The notes beneath the pieces are model-generated. The model ran no database searches and was not told the DNA's origin. It worked only from the letters and a program-made list of their open reading frames with translations. The position numbers were made by a program, and so were the translations under genes. Below are positions 38,922 through 48,873 of a DNA stretch of 64,000 nucleotides, piece after piece (position 1 is the first letter of the stretch; every line of letters starts with the position of its first letter). The stretch is from the NCBI GenBank assembly GCA_963666425.2, contig OY762825.2, forward strand, positions 576,001 to 640,000. Direction: 5' to 3'. The stretch comes from Bacillota bacterium (lineage in GTDB: Bacteria > Bacillota > JAAYKD01).

Positions 38922-40943
38922 TTAGCGCGGGATGTATTTTTGAAACCAGCTTTTCATATGGTTTAAACGTTCCAGACGTAAAGACGGACTGCCGCTGCGG
39001 GAAAGTTCATGACTGGCTCCGCTGAAGCGGACCATGCGTACTTCACGGCCTAACATTTTTAAAGAGGTGAATAATTGTTCACCCTGTTCAATTGGACAGC
39101 GGTAATCCTGCTCGCTGTGTAAAATCAACAAGGGTGTATGGATGTTCTGAACATAGTTGATCGGACTGTGCTTGATGCATTTTTTCATATTGGTGATGGG
39201 ATTCGCCAACAACTCATCCTCTGTAAATGTATAGCCGATATCGGAAACGCCAAAAAAGCTGACCCAATTGGAGATACTGCGCTGGCTGACCGCCGCCAGA
39301 AAACGGTCGGTATGGCTGATGATCCAATTGGTCATGAAGCCACCGTAGGAACCGCCGGTAACGCCTAGGCGGGCCGCGTCCAGAAAGTCATATTTCTGTA
39401 ATGCTTCGTCAAGCATTGTCATCAGATCCAGATAATCCTGACCGCCATAATCCCCCAAACAGCCGCAGGCAAATTTCTGACCATATCCGTGGCTGCCCCT
39501 GGGATTGGTATAAAGCACCGCATAACCCAAAGCAGCCAGCAGCTGAAACTCATGGAAGAAGCTGTAGCCGTACATCGCATGCGGGCCGCCGTGAATCTGT
39601 AAAATAACAGGATATTTTCTGCTTTTGTCAAACTGCAGCGGTTTGATCAGCCAAGCTTGCAGTGCATGTCCGTCTTTGGTTTGCAGCCAAAACTCTTCCG
39701 GTTCGCTGAGTTCTACCTGATGCAGCCAATTCTGATTGCTCTCGGTCAGGCAGGTTTCTTTTAAAGAGCGTAAGTCAAACAATGAAATCTGGTTGATGTC
39801 CAGCGCCGTGCCGGAGAGCAAAGCCGCCGTATTGCGGTCGGCAGCGAAACTGTAACCAAAAATTTGTCGTTTCCCGCTGACAAGACAATCGACCGTGCGG
39901 CTGCGCAGTTTCAATTCGTATAAATTGACGGCGCCTGCCTGAGCGGAAAGAAAATAGAGGGCGGTTCCCCGTTTGTTCCATTCAATCCCGGAGCGGCTCA
40001 CCCCAAAACGCATGTCACTGCAGCCCTGGTAACCAAGCTGCTGATCAAATTTACGGGTCAGGCAGAGCGGTTTTTCCGCACCGTTTGCCGCCGCCAGCCA
40101 AAGCCGCAAATAGGTGGCGCCGCCATATTCGCGTTTATTGCCAAAATACGCGATTTGACTTCCGTCCGGCGACCAGGCAGGTTGGTCGGTGACGCCATCC
40201 GTTTCGGTCAATTTCAAGAGTCTGCCCTCGGGTAGTGTGACCACATACAAATCCTGAAACGAGATTTTGAAATCCGCCGAAAAGGAGCGGTTCGCAACAA
40301 ATGCCAACCGATCTCCGTTGGGAGACCAAGCTGGCTGCCGATGATCAAAAGGACCTTCGGTAATTTGTATCGGCTCGGCATCCAATTTCATCACAAAAAT
40401 TTGCACGTTTTTGCTTTCCAGATAACCGGTTCCATTGCTGCGGTAACGAATACTGTCGATCACCAGTCCGCGCTCTTGCTTCTGCTGCTCAGCAGCGTTT
40501 CTTTCCGCAGACGTCAGCACCTGAAAACGTTTCTTACCAAGATCCTCCGGTTCGAGCTCGGCACAGAAAGCTAAGCTGCCGCCATCCGGAGACCATTGCG
40601 GGTTAAAAGCGCCATGCCTCATGTGCGTCATTTGCTGTGCTTCTCCGCCGCCTAAATTGAGCAGCCAAATCTGATTGATGCCGGTTCGATTGGAGACAAA
40701 AACAATTTGCTTGGAATCGGGAGACCAGCGCGGCGACGCGTTATAGGATCCGACGGAAGTAATTTTGCGCAATGCGAAAGGTTCGTTCACAGGCAGCAGC
40801 CATAGCTGCGATTCATATCCCCCTTCCGGTGAAGTACAGCTTTGCACATAAGCAATCTGTTTTCCATCGGGCGATAAATGAACATCAGCCAGCCATTGCG
40901 CAGTAAGAAGATCCTCTGACTGCATACCGCGTTTTGTCTTCAT
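38922..40943 (-). CDS. S9 family (acylaminoacyl) peptidase
   Basis: WSPDG beta-propeller repeats; HGGPH, GGSYGG, D(YRCP) and HELSRSG catalytic triad. Confidence 0.95.
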   Translation of the reverse strand: MKTKRGMQSEDLLTAQWLADVHLSPDGKQIAYVQSCTSPEGGYESQLWLLPVNEPFALRKITSVGSYNASPRWSPDSKQIVFVSNRTGINQIWLLNLGGGEAQQMTHMRHGAFNPQWSPDGGSLAFCAELEPEDLGKKRFQVLTSAERNAAEQQKQERGLVIDSIRYRSNGTGYLESKNVQIFVMKLDAEPIQITEGPFDHRQPAWSPNGDRLAFVANRSFSADFKISFQDLYVVTLPEGRLLKLTETDGVTDQPAWSPDGSQIAYFGNKREYGGATYLRLWLAAANGAEKPLCLTRKFDQQLGYQGCSDMRFGVSRSGIEWNKRGTALYFLSAQAGAVNLYELKLRSRTVDCLVSGKRQIFGYSFAADRNTAALLSGTALDINQISLFDLRSLKETCLTESNQNWLHQVELSEPEEFWLQTKDGHALQAWLIKPLQFDKSRKYPVILQIHGGPHAMYGYSFFHEFQLLAALGYAVLYTNPRGSHGYGQKFACGCLGDYGGQDYLDLMTMLDEALQKYDFLDAARLGVTGGSYGGFMTNWIISHTDRFLAAVSQRSISNWVSFFGVSDIGYTFTEDELLANPITNMKKCIKHSPINYVQNIHTPLLILHSEQDYRCPIEQGEQLFTSLKMLGREVRMVRFSGASHELSRSGSPSLRLERLNHMKSWFQKYIPR

Positions 40944-41131
40944 GCAGGTACCTCCACCAAAATACGATGTGCTGCTTTTTCTATTCCACTTAAAGAACTC
41001 TTCTTCCTGCCATTGCAGGAAAACTGCCGCACAATTTCAAGAAAACATTTGTAAAGTGATCAGTTCTTGCCCCATCACCATGTTGTATCCCCCAATTAAA
41101 AAATAAAGCCAGAAAATCTTGCAAAATAGAC

Positions 41132-41160
41132 TTGAATTTCGTCTTGCTTTTCTCTATAAT
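41132..41160 (+). promoter_or_regulatory. Sigma-A-type promoter
   Basis: TTGAAT-N17-TATAAT. Confidence 0.65.
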
Positions 41161-41232
41161 GAACAAAGCATAACCGCAAAGCAAATTTTCTTAGCTTTTG
41201 TTGACACACCAGAAAAGGAGCGCTGATTTTAT

Positions 41233-41760
41233 ATGAAAGATATGATCCGTTACGCTGTTATCCTGGCTTTGATTGCCGCTTTTTCCGGAGGAGCCATTTC
41301 GGCAACGGTCGGCATTACCACGCCGATTACCCAGGCAAGAGAAGCGAAAGAATTACAGGAGAGCTTAACCACCCTGCTGCCGGAAGCAACCAGCTTCACC
41401 ACAAGCGAATCGGATGGTGAAACTTATTATGTCGGAGCAAAAGACGGCAAGACCGTCGGCTACCTGGTCAATGGCAACGCCAATGGTTATGGCGGCGCCA
41501 TCCGCGTTTTAGTTTCCTTCAACGCGGGCGGTACGGTCAAGCAAATTAAAATTCTCAGTCACAGTGAAACACCCGGCATCGGTTCCGTCGTGGTTGAAAG
41601 CACGGATTTTGCCGCTCAGTTTGTCGGCAAAGAAAAAACGGCTGCCTTTGAAGTCGGTAAAGATATCACAGCTATCAGCGGCGCCAGCCGTTCCAGCCGC
41701 GGGATCACCGGCGCTGTGAAGGATGCGGTGACTTTTTTAAACAAGAATGTGCTGCCGTAA
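41233..41760 (+). CDS. Membrane-anchored FMN-binding protein (RnfG-like)
   Basis: N-terminal TM, GYGGAI, HSETPGIG, flavinylation motif AISGAS. Confidence 0.88.
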   Translation: MKDMIRYAVILALIAAFSGGAISATVGITTPITQAREAKELQESLTTLLPEATSFTTSESDGETYYVGAKDGKTVGYLVNGNANGYGGAIRVLVSFNAGGTVKQIKILSHSETPGIGSVVVESTDFAAQFVGKEKTAAFEVGKDITAISGASRSSRGITGAVKDAVTFLNKNVLP

Positions 41761-41775
41761 ATTCAGCAGTTGATG

Positions 41776-41825
41776 AAAAACAGCTCCCGGACAGGATTCG
41801 ATTCCTGCCTGGAAGCTGTTTTTTT
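41776..41825. terminator. Bidirectional terminator
   Basis: aaaaacagct...agctgttttttt between convergent genes. Confidence 0.7.
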
Positions 41826-41831
41826 AATCTG

Positions 41832-43376
41832 TCAGGAGAGCGGTGCTGCGGCAGCACTGCTGCCAACCGGGAAAATTTCTACCCGATGCAATGGTCTCAG
41901 CGCATTCCAATCCTGCAAAAGAAAGAGTTTGACGGTTGCAGCTTCCATCGTATTCAGGAGCCGCTCGATGATCAGCGAACCTGCCGCATCCACCGTAGCT
42001 GCCTGGCAAGAAAATTCCGCCATTCTGCCGGAAGGCAAATAAGAAGCGAGCACCAGCTGCAGCGTATCACCGGCGCTCAGGTTATAGATTTCCGCTTTGA
42101 ATTCAATCCCGGCATCCTTTGTTTGCGCTGTACCGAAAACCGTCACGCCGAATAACTGCAGCAGTGTTTTTTCCAGATCGAGCAAGCCGCTGCCATAGGA
42201 TGTATCATAACCGGGCGCACCTAAATCTTGCGCCCCTTTGCTTAAGATGTCTGAAAATTCGCTCGGAGTCAGACCGGGATCGGCTTGTTTGGCTAAAGCC
42301 GCCAGGGCGGCAACCTGTGGTGCGGCAAAAGAAGTACCGGAATCGCTCGCCAGATAAGCATCGGAGCTGCCAGACCATAAACCACCGAGGCTTTCCCCCG
42401 GCGCCACCAGATCGAGCGCATCGTTTCTTTGCGAGAAATAAGAAACCTGTTTGGTTTTGCCCACAGAGCCGACAGAAATGACTCCGTCATAGGATGCGGG
42501 ATAAAAATAATCGGCAGTACCGCTGTTCCCCGCCGCCGCCACAATGATCACATCCTTACTCACTGCATAAGCGATTGCAGTTTGCAGAGACAGCATCGTG
42601 CCGGTGCTGCCAATGCTCAGATTCAGCACATCGCAATCAAAGACATCAACGGCGCCGTAGATGGCCTGCACGATTTGGGCAATTGTTGTGCTTTGATTGG
42701 TATCAAAGGTTTTTAAAGGAATCAGCGTCACATCAGGCGCGATGCCATCATAGCCCAAACCATTCTGATTCACGGCGCAAATCAAACCGCTGACAAACGT
42801 ACCATGACCGATGGTATCCGTGGTATTATTGTTGTTATCCAGATAATTCCATCCGGTTTCAATTTTGTTGTAATCCAAGTCCTGGTGTGCCGGATTGAGG
42901 CCGGAATCAATCACAGCCAGGCGCACACCGCTGCCGGTCAAGCCCAGTTCCCGGGTATGACCGAAATGGATCATCTCCAGATTCCAGGTGGACTCGGCCG
43001 CTGCCGGCAAATCCTCCAGGATGCTGACGTAATAATTCGGCTCCACAAAATCCAGATACTGCGCCGGAATCCATTGCTCAATCAATTCGAGTGAAGAAGC
43101 CAGGTAAAGACCGCTCCCTTCTGAGAGCTTCTCAAAATGCTCTGTGCTCACTGCCTGCGGCAGCAGCGAAGTCAGTTCCATTTCATCCTGCTTCAGGCTG
43201 AGCAGATATCCGTCATAGACCGGCGACGTGCCGATATTTTCGCTGGGTTCGGCGGCGATGGCCGTCGGTAAAATAAAACAGAGCAGCAGCCAAGCAATGA
43301 CAAAGACTGCTCTGATTGCCGGTTTACAGAGCAATTTACTGCAGCCCTCCCGATGATAGCAATTCCATTCCCTCAT
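41832..43376 (-). CDS. Secreted S8 subtilisin-like serine protease
   Basis: Signal peptide; AVIDSG, GHGTFVSG, AAAGN, SGTSFAAP. Confidence 0.93.
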   Translation of the reverse strand: MREWNCYHREGCSKLLCKPAIRAVFVIAWLLLCFILPTAIAAEPSENIGTSPVYDGYLLSLKQDEMELTSLLPQAVSTEHFEKLSEGSGLYLASSLELIEQWIPAQYLDFVEPNYYVSILEDLPAAAESTWNLEMIHFGHTRELGLTGSGVRLAVIDSGLNPAHQDLDYNKIETGWNYLDNNNNTTDTIGHGTFVSGLICAVNQNGLGYDGIAPDVTLIPLKTFDTNQSTTIAQIVQAIYGAVDVFDCDVLNLSIGSTGTMLSLQTAIAYAVSKDVIIVAAAGNSGTADYFYPASYDGVISVGSVGKTKQVSYFSQRNDALDLVAPGESLGGLWSGSSDAYLASDSGTSFAAPQVAALAALAKQADPGLTPSEFSDILSKGAQDLGAPGYDTSYGSGLLDLEKTLLQLFGVTVFGTAQTKDAGIEFKAEIYNLSAGDTLQLVLASYLPSGRMAEFSCQAATVDAAGSLIIERLLNTMEAATVKLFLLQDWNALRPLHRVEIFPVGSSAAAAPLS

Positions 43377-43443
43377 GCTGATCCTTCCTCAACTGCGGCT
43401 TTTTTCTTTTTTCTGCTGCACCGGTGCAAACCGGCAGCGACAT

Positions 43444-44481
43444 TCAGCGCATCGTTTGCGCAATGCTGACCATATCCAGGAGTACGGTGGCTGCAGTACC
43501 GCTGGCTGAGGCGCCGTAACTGTAGTGCATTTGTTCACCTAAATGGCGGGTCTTTAAATACAAGCCTTTATCATGCCATTTGACAGCCGCCAAGGGATGT
43601 GAGAGCGCTATTCGCTCCGGTTCCACTCGGAGCTGCGCCTTGCCGTCCTGCCAGCGTACGCTGCCGATCAGACGCCAAGTTTCACCGGCGGCTGCCGCAG
43701 TCTGCAGATCCTGCCGCGTCAAGCCGGAAATCCCCTGCAGGGTCAGGTCAGCAAAACCGAGTGTGCTGCCCCAGAAGGTATTGGCCAAAATGATCGTCTT
43801 CATGGCTGTATCATAACCTTCGATATCATTCGTGGGATCCGCTTCGGCAAAGCCTCTTTGTTTTGCTTCGGCAATGGCACTGTCCCACTCTATCCCCTCT
43901 GCCATTCGCTCTAAAATAAACTGACTGGTTGCATTGAAGACACCGGACATTTCCAGCAATTCACCGTTGCGGCCCAAAAATTCCCCCATCTGCAGTACCG
44001 GCAGAGCGGCTCCGGCTGCCGCACCATAACGGATCTGCACGCCATAGTGTTTCGCTGCTGTCATTAATTCGCTCCAGGCCAGCACCAGAGGTGCTTTGTT
44101 GGCTGTCACAACCTGCTTATGCAGCGCCAAAGCCTGCCGGATATGGGTCAAACCCGGTTCTCCCGATGGCAAATGTGCCGGTGTGCATTCTACAATCAGA
44201 TCGGCGGGGCATAATTCAATCATTTCCAAGGCGGTCATACCTTTGACACCGAATTCGGGGTAAAAGGCAACCGAACCGGTATCCCACTTGATCACCGCCA
44301 GTTTGGCAGCCGGCAGCCCTTGCGCCGAGCAGGCGGCGCCTTGGCTGTCGGCGACTCCGACGATGAGAAAGCCAATACCATAATCATGCCACAAACGCTC
44401 GCGTTCCTCAACGAGCAGATTGAGCAATTGCTTGGTCACACTGCCAAAACCGGCAATGGCAATTTTCACGATTTTCTTCAT
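43444..44481 (-). CDS. hom: Homoserine dehydrogenase (no ACT domain)
   Basis: GFGSV, VVTANKA, GAALP, GVFNAT, GFAEADPTNDIEGYD. Confidence 0.88.
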   Translation of the reverse strand: MKKIVKIAIAGFGSVTKQLLNLLVEERERLWHDYGIGFLIVGVADSQGAACSAQGLPAAKLAVIKWDTGSVAFYPEFGVKGMTALEMIELCPADLIVECTPAHLPSGEPGLTHIRQALALHKQVVTANKAPLVLAWSELMTAAKHYGVQIRYGAAAGAALPVLQMGEFLGRNGELLEMSGVFNATSQFILERMAEGIEWDSAIAEAKQRGFAEADPTNDIEGYDTAMKTIILANTFWGSTLGFADLTLQGISGLTRQDLQTAAAAGETWRLIGSVRWQDGKAQLRVEPERIALSHPLAAVKWHDKGLYLKTRHLGEQMHYSYGASASGTAATVLLDMVSIAQTMR

Positions 44482-44681
44482 TGTCTTCCCTCCCCCTGAT
44501 TGCTGCTGCACCTGTCTTTTGCTTCTTTTCTTTTGTTCTAGACGCTTTGCTGAGATTCCTTTCCCTGAGGGCAGCTGCTTTTTTTGAAGAAATCACTTTT
44601 TCGTTTTCTGCGGGAATGCAGGAAAAAGCACTTCTGTAAACGAAACAAATAGCAAGATATTTTTTAGGAGGATGAGTTTAA

Positions 44682-46679
44682 ATGGAGATTGATAGCAGTA
44701 AGAAACGCCCCATCGAAATCAATGATCTTTTTAAAGTACATTGGGTCAGCGATCCTCAACTGTCTCCCGACGGAAGCAAAGTCTTATATGTGCAGAAACA
44801 ATGCCACCCCAGCGATAAAACCAAATACACCACTCAAATCTGGTGTGTTGCTGCCAGCGGCAGTGAACCACACTTAATGACCGGTGAAACCTCCGGCAAC
44901 AGCACGCCCCGTTGGTCGCCCGATGGAGAAACCATTGCCTTTAATTCCTCCCGTAATGTCAGCAATCAGATTTGGCTGCTGTCCGCCTTTGGCGGTGAAG
45001 CGCAGCAGCTGACCAAGTTCAGCCGCCCGCTTAGTTTAGTCGCCTGGTCACCGGACGGCAGCAAGCTCCTGGCTACCTGCAAAATCAAACCGGAAGATCT
45101 GGTGGAGAGCAAAGAAGAAAAAAGCGATGTCAAGGTGATCACCCGTCTGCATTATAAGATGAACGGTGTCGGTTATCATGAAGACCGCAATACCCAGCTC
45201 TATGTGATCGACGCGAAAACAGGCGAAGTCAAACAAATTACCGACGGCGCTTTTGACCACAATTCCGCAGCCTGGTCACCGGACGGCAAACAGATCGTCT
45301 TCGCTGCGAAACGCTATGACGATGCCGATTACGTCAGTTACAATGACCTCTACAGCGTGAGTCCCGAAGGCGGCGAAATCAAACAGCTGACTCATTCCAA
45401 CGGCAGTTTCTCCGAACCCAGCTTCAGTCATGACGGCAAGTGGATCGCTTATGTCGGTCATCAGAATGAATTCGGCAGCGCAACCATGGCAAAAATTTGG
45501 GTCATGCCTGCCGAGGGCGGCGAAGCAAAGATGATTTGTCAGAATTTCGATTACTCCGTCGGCGGCGGCATCGGTTCGGATATGACAGCCGGCAGCGAAG
45601 TCCGGCCTGCCTGGACTCTGGACGACAGCCGCATCCTTTTTGCCGCCACTACCGGTGCTGTGACGCGGATCTTTACGGTGGACACGAAAGGCAGTCGGCC
45701 GCAAGCCCTCACCACGGCAGAAAAAACCGTTTATGGTATGAGTTATCATGCCGGGCTCGGTTGTCTGGTGACCGCTTTGAACGAACCGAGCAATATGGGT
45801 GATCTCTATTATGCTTTGGAGTCTGGCGCAGGAGAAAAGCGCCTCACCGCTGTCAATCAAAACTGGAATGAGGAAGTTTGGATTTCTTTGCCGGAGCAGT
45901 ATGAATTTACTGCGGATAACGGCGTCAAGGTGGAAGGCTGGCTATTGAAACCCTATGGCTTTACCGAAGGCAAGCAATATCCGATGGTATTGGAAATTCA
46001 CGGCGGCCCTCATGTCACCTATGGTCTTGCCTTTAATCACGAAATGCAGTGCCTCTGCGGCTTGGGTTATGCCGTACTCTTTGTCAATCCGCAGGGTTCC
46101 ATGGGTTACGGTCAGATGTTCAATAACGCAACCTATCATGATTGGGGCGGTCAGGATTACCGCGATCTGATGCTGGCCATTGAACAAGCCCTGCAGAAAT
46201 GGCCTTGGCTGGATGCGGCGCGTTTAGGCGTCACCGGCGGTTCCTACGGTGGCTATATGACGAACTGGATGATCGGTCATACCGATATTTTCAAGGCTGC
46301 TGTGACCCAGCGTTCCACCAGCAACCGTTTTTCCATGTTCGGCACTTCCGATGTGGGCTACAACAATGGCTCCTTTGAATTTGACGGCAATCCCTGGGTC
46401 AATTATGAGCACTATTTGATGCACTCTCCGATTATGTATGTGGAAAACATCAAAACACCGCTCTTAATGCTGCATAGCGAAAACGATTATCGCTGCCCGA
46501 TCGAACAGGGAGAACAATTCTTTACGGCTTTAAAATGGTTAAAAAAAGAAGTGGTGCTCGTTCGCTTCCCCAATGAAAACCATGAACTCTCCCGTTCCGG
46601 TCAACCCAACCACCGGATTGAACGTTTGAAACACATGATGGGTTGGTTCACCAAATATATCGCTCCAAACCAGGTCTAA
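44682..46679 (+). CDS. S9 family (acylaminoacyl) peptidase
   Basis: WSPDG repeats; HGGPH, GGSYGG, DYRCP, HELSRSG. Confidence 0.95.
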   Translation: MEIDSSKKRPIEINDLFKVHWVSDPQLSPDGSKVLYVQKQCHPSDKTKYTTQIWCVAASGSEPHLMTGETSGNSTPRWSPDGETIAFNSSRNVSNQIWLLSAFGGEAQQLTKFSRPLSLVAWSPDGSKLLATCKIKPEDLVESKEEKSDVKVITRLHYKMNGVGYHEDRNTQLYVIDAKTGEVKQITDGAFDHNSAAWSPDGKQIVFAAKRYDDADYVSYNDLYSVSPEGGEIKQLTHSNGSFSEPSFSHDGKWIAYVGHQNEFGSATMAKIWVMPAEGGEAKMICQNFDYSVGGGIGSDMTAGSEVRPAWTLDDSRILFAATTGAVTRIFTVDTKGSRPQALTTAEKTVYGMSYHAGLGCLVTALNEPSNMGDLYYALESGAGEKRLTAVNQNWNEEVWISLPEQYEFTADNGVKVEGWLLKPYGFTEGKQYPMVLEIHGGPHVTYGLAFNHEMQCLCGLGYAVLFVNPQGSMGYGQMFNNATYHDWGGQDYRDLMLAIEQALQKWPWLDAARLGVTGGSYGGYMTNWMIGHTDIFKAAVTQRSTSNRFSMFGTSDVGYNNGSFEFDGNPWVNYEHYLMHSPIMYVENIKTPLLMLHSENDYRCPIEQGEQFFTALKWLKKEVVLVRFPNENHELSRSGQPNHRIERLKHMMGWFTKYIAPNQV

Positions 46680-46740
46680 AAACCGGTGCTTGCTGCTGCT
46701 GGTTCAAAGGCTGCGGCAGCAGCCGGAAGGAGGTTTCCCT

Positions 46741-47634
46741 TTGCAGTCAAATGAGAAATACTATATTGACCTGCATTGTCACAGCACAGCTTCGGACGGT
46801 ACTGATACACCCAGCCGCTTGCTGGAGCATGCCGCCAAAAATCGCGTCGACGTGCTGGCACTGACGGACCACGATACCATTGACGGTCTGGCGGAAGCAA
46901 AACTGGCAGCCGACCGGCTGGGGATCCGCTTTATCCCGGGTGTCGAGATCAGTGCTTGTTTTGCTGCGGGGGAAATGCACATCTTGGGGATTGGCCTGCA
47001 GGATACAGTGCAGCTGCGGACGTTCCTGCAGCAGATGGTCAAGAACCGGGATGCGCGCAATTTGGAAATCCTGGCGAAATTGAACCGGGAGGGATTCCGG
47101 ATCACGTTGGCAGAAGTGGAAGCGATCGCCAAAGGGCGGATCGTTTCGCGCCCGCATATGGCGACCGCTCTCTTAGCCAGAGGGTATGTCTCCAGCCGTC
47201 AGGAAGCTTTTGATCTCTATTTAGCGAACGGTGCCAAATGTTATGTGCAGCGCGACTCTCCTACGCCGGCTGAAGGCATCACCGCCATTCTGGCAGCCGG
47301 CGGCGTGCCGGTACTGGCGCACCCCATTCAATTGGGTTTAAGCCGCAAAGCACTGCGTCAGACGCTGCTCTCTTTGCAGACTGCCGGTCTGCAAGGCATG
47401 GAAGTTTGGCACAGCGATCAGAACGGCGCAGTCCAGCACGATTTTTTAGAGTTGGCAGAAGACTTGCATCTGCTGCCTAGCGGAGGTTCCGATTATCACG
47501 GCAGCAACAAACCGCATGTCGCCATTGCCCGTGGTATTGACAAGAATATTTCGATCACCGATCATGCGATTGTAGAACGCCTGCTGCAGCAAGCCGGTAT
47601 GAATCAAAGAAAAGATATAGAGGAGGTTTCTTGA
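46741..47634 (+). CDS. PHP-domain metallophosphoesterase (TrpH/YciV-like)
   Basis: DLHCHSTASDG, LTDHD, GVEIS, RPH, AHP, GGSDYHG; TTG start after AGGAGG. Confidence 0.92.
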   Translation: MQSNEKYYIDLHCHSTASDGTDTPSRLLEHAAKNRVDVLALTDHDTIDGLAEAKLAADRLGIRFIPGVEISACFAAGEMHILGIGLQDTVQLRTFLQQMVKNRDARNLEILAKLNREGFRITLAEVEAIAKGRIVSRPHMATALLARGYVSSRQEAFDLYLANGAKCYVQRDSPTPAEGITAILAAGGVPVLAHPIQLGLSRKALRQTLLSLQTAGLQGMEVWHSDQNGAVQHDFLELAEDLHLLPSGGSDYHGSNKPHVAIARGIDKNISITDHAIVERLLQQAGMNQRKDIEEVS

Positions 47635-48284
47635 TGAAAAAAGTACTGTTAACCGGTTTCCAACCTTTTGGCGGTGAAATGGTCAATCCAGCCTGGGTAG
47701 CAGTCCAGGAAATGACCGGTAAGGTCATTCTGGATCATGAAATTGTGACCGGCGAAATTCCGGTGGTTCGCTACGCCGCTTTAATCGCCACAGAAAGGCT
47801 GATCGAACATTATCAGCCGGAGATTGTGATCAATGTCGGTCAAGCCGGCGGTGCTTTGGTAATGCGGGTTGAACGAATCGGCGTCAATTGTGACGATTAT
47901 TCCATCCCGGACAATGCCGGCAATCAACCAATGGGAGAAGCAGTCGTTCCGGATGGCCCAGCCGCTTATTTTGTGACGCTGCCCATCAAAGCCATGGTAA
48001 AAGCAATGAACAGCGCCGATATTCCTGCCGAAGTCTCCAACTCCGCCGGGACTTATCTCTGCAATCATGTTTGTTACGGCGTCTCCCATCTGACCGCCAC
48101 GAAGTACCCTGAGATCCTCAGCGGATTCATCCACATCCCTTTCCTGCCGGAACAGGCTGCCGGAAAAAGAGGGCGTCCCAGTATGGCTTCAGCCACTGTC
48201 GTCAGCGGTCTGGAAGCAGCCGTTACCGCAGCCATTCGCTACCGCAAGGGTGATATCAATGCCGAAGGCGGCGCGCTGCATTAA
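47634..48284 (+). CDS. pcp: Pyroglutamyl-peptidase I
   Basis: LLTGFQPFGG, GQAGG, SAGTYLCN, GFIHIP. Confidence 0.95.
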   Translation: MKKVLLTGFQPFGGEMVNPAWVAVQEMTGKVILDHEIVTGEIPVVRYAALIATERLIEHYQPEIVINVGQAGGALVMRVERIGVNCDDYSIPDNAGNQPMGEAVVPDGPAAYFVTLPIKAMVKAMNSADIPAEVSNSAGTYLCNHVCYGVSHLTATKYPEILSGFIHIPFLPEQAAGKRGRPSMASATVVSGLEAAVTAAIRYRKGDINAEGGALH

Positions 48285-48349
48285 GATCAATCGTTGCTGG
48301 CAAAACTGCCATTTATGTTGATTCATAATAAAAAGTCCGTGCCGATTTT

Positions 48350-48850
48350 TCAATTGGCGCGGATTTTTCTATTCTTTTTAAACAACCAGAGAAAAAACAG
48401 AGTGAGATAGATTCCTAAAACACAGCCGGACCAATCCAGCAGCAAATCACTGATTTGAAAGGCTCTGCCCGCGACAAACAACTGATGAATTTCATCGCTG
48501 AGTGCATAACCGCAGCTGAGCAGAATCGCTTGCCACAGCGGATGTACCGCTTGACTCTGCGTCAACGCAAGCTTGACCAGACAGCCCAGGACGAAAAACA
48601 AACCAAAATGAGCGGCTTGACGAACAAGACTTTCATAAAATTCAAGCGTTTGTTGGCTTGGCGTTTGACCGAAAAAGCGCAGCAACCGCTCGGTAACGCT
48701 TAAGCTGGTTGCTGCCGAGACCGGAGCCGCTGCCTGGGAAAAAGAAAAGATCAGCAGCATCCAGGCGATGACAGCCAACCAGCTGAGCAGACGGTAAATC
48801 CCGCGTCTGTCCCGCCTTTGACGCAAACCGGAATGATTCTCCTGCTGCAC
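48350..48850 (-). CDS. VanZ family membrane protein
   Basis: WMLLIFSFS, RQAAHF, YALSDEIHQLFVAGR. Confidence 0.9.
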   Translation of the reverse strand: MQQENHSGLRQRRDRRGIYRLLSWLAVIAWMLLIFSFSQAAAPVSAATSLSVTERLLRFFGQTPSQQTLEFYESLVRQAAHFGLFFVLGCLVKLALTQSQAVHPLWQAILLSCGYALSDEIHQLFVAGRAFQISDLLLDWSGCVLGIYLTLFFLWLFKKNRKIRAN

Positions 48851-48873
48851 TTAAATTTCCCCCTTCTGCCGGC

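Noticed and set aside
48350-48850. Glycopeptide-resistance locus (VanZ plus ddl)
   Set aside because: VanZ-family genes are widespread on their own; ddl is the dcw copy with a D-Ala-D-Ala-type YDYEAKY loop, and no vanH/A/X/R/S genes are present.
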